In this document: positions 15,621 through 28,723 of the stretch, one piece after another
How the letters are laid out: each line of letters begins with the position of its first letter
Numbering within the stretch: the first letter of the stretch is position 1
Assembly: GCF_009914755.1 (NCBI RefSeq)
Contig: NC_060941.1
Direction: 5' to 3' (one strand)
Source: the human T2T-CHM13v2.0 reference genome, Homo sapiens
DNA: 64,000 bases
Translations under genes and position numbers: made by a program
The notes under the pieces: generated by a model
Told to the model about the DNA's origin: nothing
Databases searched by the model: none
Seen by the model: the letters and a program-made list of their open reading frames with translations, nothing else

Positions 15621-15696
15621 TCTAACTGGGCAGACTTCTTTCGGATGTATTTATTGGTGGACTCTAATTCTTGTTTGACCTAGCTTTACCAACTTA

Positions 15697-15972
15697 GTTA
15701 AACCAAAAAGTACCCGAAACGTGTCTCAATCAATTTAGAAGTTTATTTTGCCAAGGTTAAGGACGTGCGCCCAGGAGACAGGTCTGTGCTTTTCGCCAAA
15801 GATGATTTTGAGTGCTTCAATGTTTAAAGGGGAAGGAGGAAGAAATTGTAAAAGGTGTTGGTAGATAAGAGGCAGAGAGTTGCATTCTTTTCAGTTTTTC
15901 ATCAGCTGTTCACATGTGAGAGGGAGTAGAGGAATAGTCACTTGTGCATTCCTCTAGCTCCGTGAATCTGCT
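15697..15972 (-). mobile_element. MER4A-like ERV1 LTR fragment
   Basis: aaaccaaaaag...tctcaatcaatttagaagtttattttgccaaggttaaggac terminus typical of MER4A. Confidence 0.75.
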
Positions 15973-16286
<314 letters not shown>

Positions 16287-16643
16287 CATATTCAACTTAT
16301 TTTTTAAATGATAATTCATAAAACACTTTAGGATCTTGCATTGCAATAGCATTGTTATGAACATTGCTCTAAAGTTAAGATTTTTAGTTTCTTAAGTAAT
16401 ACATTAATGGTTGAAAAAATTAGAGAATATAGATGAACAAAAATAAAAGTAAAATTAAATTTTCCCAAACACTGCCCTAGAGACAGCCCCTGTATCACGT
16501 TGGTCTGTGTCCTTATAGACTTTTTCTCTTGCAACAACTTACAGTATTTTTAAAACAGTAAATAGCCCCACATCATGATTATTGTTAAATATAAGTTTTT
16601 TGAAGCACCGTGTATAAGTGTAGATTAAAAACCATTTTGGTTT

Positions 16644-17742
16644 ACTGTAAAAACTCTGGAAGACAACCTAGGCAACACCATTGAGGACATAGGCATGGGC
16701 AAAGATTTCATGACGAAGACGCCAAAAGCAATTGCGACAAAAGCAAAAATTGACAAATGGCATCTAATTAAACTTAACAGCTTCTTCACAGCAAAAGAAA
16801 CTATCAACCGAGTAAACAACCTACAGAATGGGAGAAAATTTTTGCAAGCTATGCATTCAGCAAAGATCTAATATCCAACATCTATAAGGAACTTAAATTT
16901 ACAAGAAAAAAACAACCCCCCAAAAAAGTGGGCAAAGACATGAAAAGACACTTTTCAAAAGAAGATATACATACAACCAACAATCATGAAAAAACACTCA
17001 ACATCACTGATCATTAGAGAAATGCAAATCAAACAAAATACCATCTCACACCAGTCGGAATAGCTATTACTAAAAAGTCAAAAAATATTAGATGCTGGTG
17101 AGGTTGTGGAGAAAAAGGAACACTTTTACACTTATGGTGGAAATGTAAATTAGTTCAACCATTGTGGAAGACAGTATGGCCATTCTTCAAAGAGCTAAAA
17201 GCAGAACTGCCATTTGACCCAGCAATCCCATGGCTAGGTATATACCCAAAGGAATATAAATTGTTCTGTTATAAAGACACATGCACACATATGTTCATTG
17301 CAACACTATTCACAATAGGAAAGACATGGAATTAACCTAAATTCCCATCAATGATAGACTGGATAAAGAAAATGTGGTACATATACACCATGGAATACTA
17401 TGCAGCCATAAAAAGGAACGAGATCATGTCCTTTGCAGGGAAATGGATGGAGCTGGAGGCAATTATCCTTACCAAACTAACACAGGAACAGAAAACCAAA
17501 TACTGCACGTTCTCACTTATAAGTGACAGCTAAACAATGAGAACACATGGACACACAGAGGGGAACAACACACAGTGAGGCCTGTCAGAAGGTGGAGGGT
17601 GAGAAGAGGGAGAGGATCAGGAAAAATAACTCAAGGGTACATGGCTTCATATCTGGGTGTTGAAACAATCTGTACAGCAAACCCCCATGACACAAGTTTA
17701 CCCATATAACCTGCATAGGTACCCCTGAACTTAAAAAAAAAA
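16644..17742 (+). mobile_element. 5'-truncated L1PA (about PA13-16) with poly-A and TSD
   Basis: ORF2 C-terminus (DWIKKMWYIYTMEYYAAIKRNEIMSFAGKWMELE), older L1PA 3' UTR, poly-A, TSD aaaa(c)cattttggttt. Confidence 0.95.
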
Positions 17743-18949
17743 AAACATTTTGGTTTTAGAATTCTGAATAACAATTCATCATATTTATTTTTAAATTCAT
17801 TTTGTCTTATATTTTCTGGCATGCAGTTTGGAAAGGTAATATATTTGTTTTGTAAGATTTTTCTTTAGTTTTTAAAATTTGTGGGTGCTTCTATGCCTTC
17901 ATATCCTTCTTTGTATGGAGACTTTCCTAGTTCCTTTGTCTCGTGTTTTTCCCCAGTTGCTCTCCACTGTTACCCATGGGCATTAGAATCCCTTGGACGC
18001 CTTCAGATTTCCTTTTTGGAGGCTCCTGGCCCCATTCCTTTGTAATTATGTGGTGTTCCACGTCCCTGATGTTTTATTAGTTCCCAACATACTTGATATA
18101 AGAGAGGTAATTAGTGTATTATGGCTTCTTTTTGAATTGTTCCCCAAGATAAGCAGAGGGAAATGTTACATGGGTAAAAATTTACATAATAATGTGACCA
18201 GGCTTTGTCGCAAAAGCTCACTGTAATCATGAGAAAATGAAAGCATTTTATTTATGGAAAGTTTCCGCATGTATTTGTCTCTAAGAATTAAAAATTGCCA
18301 CTGCATTATGGTGGCCTCAGATTTCAGAAGAAACATTGTACTGTGTTTACTTGTACCGTGCCCTGCCTTTCTAACCAAACTTGAATACCCTCTTTTCTGT
18401 TCTGAGACTGTTCTATGGCCGTTCCACCATTGATTGAAACCAAAGCCAAACCAGAACATTAAATATGAAATGCTTTTTCCCTCACCCACAGGAGCTTTGT
18501 AATTATATGGCTTAAAAAAAAAAAGCACTGAATTCTTAAATGAGAGTGTTTAGTAAAATATTTGGAACAGCTTCAGCTTCCTACTTTCCTTCAGTGAACC
18601 ATGGCTGAAGGTAACGTTTTCTTGGTCAATGTGAATTGCGTTCCTTCCCCCGGTGCTTGATTTTCCTTTGACCTACTCCGTCTCCATAGTTTGCATGAGG
18701 TGGCCCAAGCCTCTTTCCATAATTTTACATAGGTGTTACCGCAGAACGCTGCCAGATGGCTGCCTGTCTTGGTGGGGAGAAGTCCCTGGATCTGCTGTCC
18801 TTTTTCATTCTCAGCACTAGCGTCATTTCTGCCACAAGTCTTCCCTGAACTCAAGGCTGGGCTGAGGGCTATTCCCCAGGCACTCACACCTTACATTGGC
18901 AAGACCTTCCTCCACTTGTATGATCCTGAAATGTTCTCTTAGTGACTCT

Positions 18950-19400
18950 TTTCCAAACTAAAAGCTCCAGGGGGGCCCCTGAGCGAAGTTGATCTTTACA
19001 ACCACCAGGGCCCAGCACCATATCTGGGATGTAGCTATTGCTCGATAAATATTTGTTGACCAGAAGGTAAGTGAACCGAGTACTCCCTATCCACTGTGTG
19101 TCTACATTCCTGCCAACCCCTGTATATATATGACAACGACTCTTCAGTCCCAGGCCTAATAGACTTGCCCCAGTCAGCTCCTTCCTGATTTCATGTAAGA
19201 GTGACACGATTGAATACTTCCTCCTTCCTGAAACGTTTCCCCCTGTTGGATGTCGGGGCTCCTGCTCTCTGCTCGCCTCTCTCCTAGGCCTGTCTCTGAG
19301 GTTTGGCCAACTCCTCTTGTCACCCCTCCAGCACTATGAGCAAGGAATTCTGGTTCTCCCCACACCATCTTTTTTGAAATTGCATTCGAGGTCTCCAGCA
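18950..19400 (+). mobile_element. L2 LINE fragments
   Basis: L2 3' tail (gctcgataaatatttgttga) and body (ctccttcctgaaacgtttcccc). Confidence 0.6.
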
Positions 19401-19551
19401 TCTCTTCTAGGCAGATACCTGAAGGGACTGGGCTTCATGTAGTCCTCCCAGGCCTGCCAGACTTTCTGGCCTTCAACTAGGAGCTTCATGCGTGTCTGTG
19501 GAAGGAGTGACCAATGGACAAACATACAACTCTATTTTGAAAGTGGGTTGG

Positions 19552-19866
<315 letters not shown>

Positions 19867-21177
19867 AAAGTGGATCGAGTATGAATTATGAAATTGCAAA
19901 GACTAGAAGGATAGATGTGGGTCTTGCAAGGCCTTGCCCTTGAGTTTGCAATCAACTGGCTTGTTTAATAAACAAATATGTGCTAAGGATGATGGCTCCT
20001 CATGGAACTTAGGGCATGCAATCATTGACTTCAGAATAAAACTGTAGCTTAGGACCCAAAGAGAAGAACAGAGGTAAGGAAGAATCATGAGCTCACTCGC
20101 TGCTCACCCCTTCCAGTGCCCACCTAGAGTCCTTCAGGGATCATAGCTTCAAAACCCTTCCAGTGGATTCTTTCTGAAGTTCATTCTCAGACTCTCAGTG
20201 ATCTTTACTACCTTTTAAATTAGGAATGTTCTTCACAAAAAGGAATGCTACAGGTTACTTCACTGAGTACGAGGTGAAGATTCCAAGTGTTCATTTTTTG
20301 GGTGGCTGTATATTATTTGTGTGGGAACCCACATTCTTATCTCACCACTAAAGATCAAGAAAGTACTTTCACCAGCCAGCAAGCATCACTTGTATGTGGT
20401 CATTGTATGATTACAACGGCAGGTACCAGCAGGTGTATTAAGCAGAACACACACATACAAAGGCAATGATTTTAAATTGGACTTTGGATTAAAGTAATAT
20501 ATTTAACCCCTCAAGAGTTCTGACTGTGTTAAACTCATTTATAATCATGAGCAAATGAGTCTATACTAATGCCTCAGATGTTTTTGAATTTGGCAACTTC
20601 TATTTCCTAATTGTGATTTAGGTTTAAATAACTTTTTCACTTATGCTCACCTGTAATCTTTGTATGCCTTTATTTCTCCCCGTGGAAGTATTCACAGGAC
20701 CCTAATTCATTAGTTTGGTAATAGCTCTTTACTGCTTTGGACTTAAAGGTACCCTCGGTATTTTTAACAGACACAGATGTGCTGTCCCGTAGAGCTGTCG
20801 GGGAAGAATGCCTTGAATCCCGAACCACTTGCTCTTGTTCATAGTACTTAATTTTCACTTACTGAATCATTTGCTTTCCAAAAACCACCTTGTTGCATGT
20901 ATTAGTTTGTTAGGGCTGTCATAACAAATTACCACAAACCGGGCAGCTTAAACAACAAAAGTGTGTTGCCTCAGTTCCAAAGGCTGGATGCTGGCAGGGT
21001 GGGTTCCCTCAGAGAGCTGCAAGAGAGAATCTGTTCCATGACTCCCCCTGGCTTCTGGTGGTTTCCCGGCAATCTTTGGCATTCCTTGGCTTGCAGAAGC
21101 AGAAGCATCACCCCAGTCTTTCTCCATCTTCACATGAGTTCTCCCAGGGTGTGTTTATGTCCAAATTTCCCCTCGCC

Positions 21178-21510
21178 TTTATTTTTATTTTATTTTATTT
21201 TATTTTATTTTATTTTATTTTATTTTATTTTTTCGAGACAGAGTCTCTGTCGCCCAGGCTGTGGAGTGTGGTGGTGCAGTCTCAGCTCCCTGCAAGCTCC
21301 ACCTCCCAGTTAACACCATTCTCCTGCCTCAGCCTCCCAAATAGCTGGGACTACAGGTGCTCACCACCTCTCCCAGCTAATTTTTGTATTTTTAGTAGAG
21401 ACAAGGTTTCACTGTGTTATCCAGGATGTTCTCAATCTCCTGACCTCGTGATCCACCCGCCTTGGCCTCCAAAGTGCTGGGATTACAGGAGTGAGCCACC
21501 GCACCCAGCC
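21178..21510 (-). mobile_element. AluY-like SINE with (TTTTA)n tail
   Basis: gcaagctccacctcc..caccattctcc and gacctcgtgatcc; TSD caaatttccc. Confidence 0.88.
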
Positions 21511-21681
21511 CAAATTTCCCTTTTTTGTAAGGATGCCAGTCATATTGGATTAGAGGCCTTACCTTATGCCAGTGTGACCCCATCTTCTCTAATTATATCT
21601 GCAGCAGCCCTTTTTCCAAGTCAGATCACATTCTGAGGTACTAGAAGCTAGAACATCAACATGAATTTTATGGGGATAGTT

Positions 21682-22050
21682 TGTATTAGTCCGTTTTCAT
21701 GCTGCTGATAAAGAGATACCCGAGACTAGGTAATTTATTAAGAAAAAAAAAGTTTAATGGGCTCACAGTTAGTTCTGCATGGCTGGGGAGGCCTCACAAT
21801 CATGGCAGAAGGTGAAAGTCTCGCCTTACATGGTGTCAGGCAAGAAAGAGAAGGAGAGCCAAGCGAAAGGGGAAACCCCTTGTAAAACTGTTGAATCTCG
21901 TGAGACTTACTCACTACGACGAGAACAGTATGGGGGAAAGCACTCCCATGATTCAGTTGTCTCCCACTGGGCCCCTCCCACAACACGTGGGAATTATTTG
22001 AGCTACAATTCAAGATGAGATTTGGGTGGAGACACAGCCAAACCATATCA
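21682..22050 (-). mobile_element. THE1B MaLR solo LTR
   Basis: tgtattagtccgttttcatgctgctgataaag...gacacagccaaaccatatca; 5-bp TSD tagtt/cagtt. Confidence 0.92.
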
Positions 22051-22399
22051 CAGTTCAACCCCTAAGAGTGTAGCTAATACCTGAAATAATCAGATGACAT
22101 TTTTATTTGCCAATTCTGTGTAGGAGAGATGGGTAGAAATAATAGTAAATTGCATTGAGTGTATGATCAGAGACTATTGAGAAAGGTGATTGTTGTCAGA
22201 TCCTAAATTATATGAAATAATTTGGGGGATTGTTTTTGACATATGTCATATAAAAGTAACTTATTTCCCAGGTTTCTTATTTTTTCTGACCAGCTCTTTG
22301 TCCATACTGATTCAATAATTTCCCAATGTTCTTCAGCTAATGGAGAAAAAGAGTTTGACCACATTTGTAAAATCCAATCTAACTAATGTATTTATGTTT

Positions 22400-22600
22400 T
22401 AGCTTTTTATTATGTACATTTTCATATATCTGGAAAAGCAGAGAGAATAGTATAATAAAAACCATATACTCTTCTTGCAACTTTAATAATTGTCAACTAT
22501 TACCAATCTTGTTTCATCCATCTTCTCTCCACATATTTTTCTTGCTGGAGTCTTATTAAGGAATTGCAGATATCCTGTTATTTCACTTGTATAATTTTTT
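22400..22600 (-). mobile_element. Old L1M (ME/MC) 3' fragment
   Basis: aaaagcagagagaatagtataataaa...ccaatcttgtttcatc. Confidence 0.55.
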
Positions 22601-22824
22601 TTAAGTTAGAGAAATGTAATGTCATACTTTCTCACTGTTGAAATTGAGGAGAAAGGTAAAACTACTTAATGATAAGTATTAGGACATACACCTTGGCTTT
22701 TACATTGTAATGAATTTAAAGAAGGAAAAGCAGGAGATAAAGGAGGAGTGGGGAGGGTGGGGTTGGGAAGAGAGAGGATGTGAGAGACACCAGCTCCTTT
22801 ACATGTTTCCCTCCCTACCACGTT

Positions 22825-22970
22825 TCCCTCCCTAACTAAACTCTGAGCTCCTTGAGGGCAGAAACTGTGTCTTGGTCCCCCAGTTACCTTCATACCTTAT
22901 AGGGAATTGGTGTATAGTAAGTGTACATCAGTAAACATTTGCTGAATAATTGAATGAATAAAAGAATGAA
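22825..22970 (+). mobile_element. L2 3' end
   Basis: tgagctccttgagggcagaaactgtgtc...aaacatttgctgaataattgaatgaat. Confidence 0.75.
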
Positions 22971-24554
22971 CGATGCTCCCCCAAAACCTTGCATAGAAAG
23001 ATACAGAGACATGCTCAGAAAAATACACCACATTTAGCTCTAGAGGTAAGACAAAAGAAATAAAAAGATCCTGAAAGGTACATTGCTTCTCGCAGTTTTC
23101 AGGATATTTTCTCTCACATTTAGATCCCGTGTAGCATTTCTGCAACCCTGCCAAGATGCAGGACTGTCCTAACGTGCTGAGTGCTTATGCCCTTAGCGAG
23201 GGAGAGAGGTTTCATCCATGCTGTGAGAGCTCATTCTTCATTTGCATTACGTGAGAATCGAAGCCTGAGTTCTGAGTATTTTGACTACCTTCCATCCTCT
23301 CAGAATTCTGGAGCCACACTTTGTTTTGCCTGCCATTTGGGAGAAGATTGGGGTTGCTGTGAAGCTTAAAGTGCTACACATTTTGCTGAAGAAAGAGATT
23401 GCAGTCTCAGATGTCCATACTGCCGGCAGACCTACACGCTTATAGATGTGAGTGACATTGAAGCAGGGGAAACAAGTCCTGTTCCACTACACTGAGGAGG
23501 CCTTGGACTGAAGGCAAGAGAGAGGAGAGAAGGCAGAGCATACAGTCCCAAAGCCGAGTCCAGCCTCCTTAGCTCCTTGCAACTCACACTCAAACCCCAG
23601 TTTAAGTAATTCCAGACTGAAAAATAAAAACCTTAAAAATACTGCAGAGAGAAGTTTGGTATTAGAGTCATGATAAACCCTTGTATAGAACGTGTTGCAA
23701 TGATTATTTTTTAGGGTCAAAATGAGGAAACCTGACATGCACACTGGGTTTTGGATGTTCAGACGTGAAGCTTGTACTGCCAAATGAGGAAGGCTTTATG
23801 CCCTTAAGAGATTAAAGGAAAGTTGGACTCATCAGTTGATTCTGAAATCAACCCCCAAACACTGCTTGATCTGAGTTTTCAAAAGCTAACCTTTGGGTTT
23901 CTCTTTAAATATTTTTGCGTGATTTGTCATATACTTATCTTTAAGAGTTTTGTTGTTGTTGTTGTTTCCGTAAAGCAGATACCATTTAATGCTACAGGTA
24001 CTCAAGATTTCATTCATGCATATTCTTAGTCAATATGAGAAAAATCTATTTCATTGTAGTTCTGAGTTGAATATGGGAATAAGTTGAAATAATAAAAGAA
24101 GGAGACTGTTTATCTGTTGGCAAACGTGTCGCTGTCATCACCTGCATCCTTCTAAGTGTGTGGCTTCTGGGCCATCATGGGCGAGTAATGACCACATCCC
24201 ATTCTTATCTTTTCTCCTTGGCTCTGGAAGGAGTCTTTTATACTGGTGATTGCCGGACTGTTCTTGAGATTTTTCTTCCCTCAACCCTCTCCAGCCCCCA
24301 GGCTCTCTTCTGACTCTTCCCACCCCTCAGACAGCCTCGTCCTTTCTACCATCAACCACAACACTTGGGTGTTTCCAGGACTCGCCTTGCAGTTCTCCCT
24401 CACCATGAAGACATCTCTCATGGCTTGGTCCACAGTCCCCCGTTGTCTTTTGGCCTCTAACCTTGAATCTCCACCTGCTTGTCTGACACATCTATCTGGG
24501 TGGCCTAACAGTATATTATACTTTTCTCAAATTGAGACCCCTGTTTATTGTTTC

Positions 24555-25805
24555 ATTATGTTTTATTGATATATAATAGTTGTACATATTTTGGGGGTAC
24601 ATCTGATATTTTGATGCAGATATCAAAATACCATCCAAAGAGTTCTTTGGCAGCGTGTGCACAGGTATCAGAATATCAGATGCACCCCCAAAATATGTAC
24701 AACTATTATGTATCTACATACAATGTGTAATGATAAAATCAGGGCAACTGAAATATTCATCATCTCAAACATTTATCTTTTGTGTTGGGAACATTACAGA
24801 TCTTTTCTTCTAGCTATTTTGAAATATACAGTAAGTTATTAACTATAATTTCCCTGCTGTGCTATCGATTACTAGAACTTATTCCTTCTGTCTAACTGCA
24901 TTTTTGAGCCTGTTAACTAACTGGTCTTCATCCCTTTCTCCTCTTTTTTCTTCCCAGCCTCTACTCGTTACCTCTGTGAGATCTACTTTTTTAGCTCCCA
25001 CATATGAGTGAGAGCATATGATGTTTGTCTTCCTGTGCCTGGCTTATGTCATGTCACATAATGACCTCCAGTTCTTTTCATGTTGCTGCAAATGATAGGA
25101 TTTCATTCTTTTTTATGGTTGAATAATACTCCATTTTGTAGACATACTACGTCTTCCTTATCCATTCATCTGTTGATGGGCATTAGGTTGATTCTGTATC
25201 TTGGTTATTGTGAGTGGTGCTGCAGTGAATATTGGGATTACAGATGTCTCATCGGTAGACTGATTTCCCTTCTTTCTGATGTATACGCAGCAGTGGGATT
25301 GGCGGATCTTATGGTAGCTCTGTGTTTAGTTGTTTGGGAGAGTCCATAGTGCTTTCTGTAGTGGCTCTACCACTTTACATTCCCACCAGCAGCATCCCTG
25401 CCTTCCCTTTTCTCTGCATCCCCACCAGTATCTGTTCTTTTTTGTCCTTTTGATAATAGCCATTCTAACTGTGGTGGGATGTTACTGTGATTTTCGTTTG
25501 CATTTCCTTCATAATTAGTGGTGATGAACATTTTTTCTCCTACCTGTTGGCCATTTGTTTGTCATCTTTTGAGAAATGTCTATTCAGGTCTTTTGCCCAT
25601 TTTAAAATTGTTGAGTGAAGAGTTTGAGAATATTTTTTCCAATTCTGTAGGTTGTTTCTTCACTTTGTTTCCTTTGCTGCACAGAAGCTTCTTAGCTTGA
25701 TATAATCCCATTTGTCTGTTTTTGCTTTTGTTGTCTGTGCTTTTGAGGTCTTACCCCAAAATTTTGTCCAGACCATAATGCCCTGTAGCATAAAACCCCT
25801 GTTTA
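24555..25805 (-). mobile_element. L1MA LINE-1 3' end, carrying an inverted-duplication insert
   Basis: tgtacatattttgggggtac...tacaatgtgtaatgataaaatcaggg 3' UTR; ORF2 remnants (TKAKTDKWDYIKLRSFC); L2 pieces flank at about 24330-24540 and 26225-26390. Confidence 0.9.
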
Positions 25806-25944
25806 AACAACATGAAGAGTAGTTTCTCCTCTTTGAGCTCGTATAATACTCAGATTGCAAGTCCCCAAGTCCAAGTTAATTCTTAACTTGCCCCTTGGTC
25901 TTCTCTGTTCATTTTCTACAACCTGCCAATTTACCCTTTAGTAT

Positions 25945-26220
25945 TTAGAATTCTTTCTGTGGAAAGTACAGAAAACTCATTCAAACTGGCGTGAACAATA
26001 AAAGCGTGTATGATATGACTTTGTGGATTCAAGTGTATTAAATTATATGGTATGTAAATGAAGAAAATGACATTTTTAAAGGGTATTTAATGGTTCGTGT
26101 GACTGAACAGTCTGAAGGTGATAGCCTTGCTGACGCCAAGATCTGGTTTCTTTCTTTCTCCTCTGAGTCTTCTGTACTCTCAGTTTCATCATAAGGCTCA
26201 CCTCTTGGTTGCAGAGTGCT
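25945..26220 (-). mobile_element. Old MLT1 (J/K-like) LTR fragment
   Basis: ttctttctgtggaaagtacagaaaactcattcaaactggc resembles an MLT1K terminus. Confidence 0.4.
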
Positions 26221-27429
26221 AACACCATTTACTCAGTTGCTCTGGCCGGGAGCTTGGGGCCGTTCTTGACTCGCCTTTCCTTCACATCCCACATTCAATC
26301 TCAGCCCTGTCTTCAAAGTATATCTCAGGTCCAACCAGGAAGGAATGCACAAAAGATGCTCAGTAGTCTTTGTTGAAATTAGAGAAAAAGAAGGCAAGGG
26401 AAGAATTAAAGATGAATCTCCTAAAGAAGGGGGAAAGAGGCTTGCCTGCTTAGAATTGGGAATACTGGATTTTTGAAAGAGTTCATTGGGAGCACGTGCA
26501 CAGATGCTGAAAGGAAGAATCAAGGTGCTGTCTGAAGAATGACATTCTTTATAATATGTGATAGAGTGCATTTATTTGATTTGTTTTCATACAACTTTTA
26601 ATGTGTATCCCAGGAGAAGACTGTTTTCATTGTTACAAATCTGAAACCAATAATTTTCTTTTAACATGCAGATATAATATAAGCTCACTTTTTCATTACT
26701 TTCCCTACAAAGCTGAAAGCGGTTGACTTGCCTTAGAGATTTTCCTTTCATTATATTCTGCTGTGACGTTGCCTTTCATTAATCCCTTCCAGCTAAGCAA
26801 AATTTAATTAGAACCATATCACGTGATGGCAACCATTTTTGTATTTAAAAAAAAGAATTCAAGGAAGCTCAGCTACCAGTCTTCTCTTCTAAGCAAAGTC
26901 TATTATATTTAGTAGGTTCTTTCCAGAATTCAGAATATGTTACATAATGGCTTTTTCTTCATTAATTTTGGATAATAGGGAATTTCTATGCCTGTGTTCC
27001 GTTTTACATGACTGTGACCTGAATTTAAAATGACATGGACTTGAGGGTGAAAGGAAAGGAAATTATTTTTTAAAGGAGAAATGGAAAATGACCCTTAGCA
27101 GTGCATATATATATATATATTTCCCCCCTCAATGAATATAGCAATCCGTGTTAGATGTAAATAGGGATGAACCCATTTTGCATATAGATTAAGTGACCAA
27201 ATATCTCAGTAGTTTGGCAGGAAAGCCAAGCCTGCAGCCTGAGGGGCCTCACTTCCACCATCATTATTGACAACTATGTGCTCAAGCGAGCAGGGAGGGT
27301 GCAAGGAACACGTCTCCAATCCTTAAAGATTATATGAGTCCTTTGCTCTCAAATCTGAATTTTCCCTTTGTCTCCACTTTATGCCAGCACTGATTTTATT
27401 TAGAATTTTATAGAATGGAAGCAAATTCA

Positions 27430-27804
<375 letters not shown>

Positions 27805-27942
27805 CAAATACTCTTTCTTGATGTCATAATGAACTCAATTATGAACACAAGTAATCATAAAAAGTCTATATAAGCAAGGTTCTTACTGCCTCTTCCTATT
27901 CCTCTTATTTATAATTTCATAAATATTGCTCTAGGTTGATAA

Positions 27943-28723
<781 letters not shown>

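Larger units (their letters stand above)
20898..22067 (-). mobile_element. MLT1C-like MaLR solo LTR split by an Alu and a THE1B
   Basis: tgtattagtttgttagggctgtcataacaaattaccacaaac start; resumes 21511-21681; terminal piece 22051-22067. Confidence 0.85.

Noticed and set aside
17351-17533. ORF with clear L1 ORF2p C-terminal similarity
   Set aside because: Part of a 1.1-kb 5'-truncated, frameshifted L1PA; not an active CDS.
18963-18977. CTCF-like gctccagggggccc
   Set aside because: Partial match inside an L2 fragment; insufficient support.
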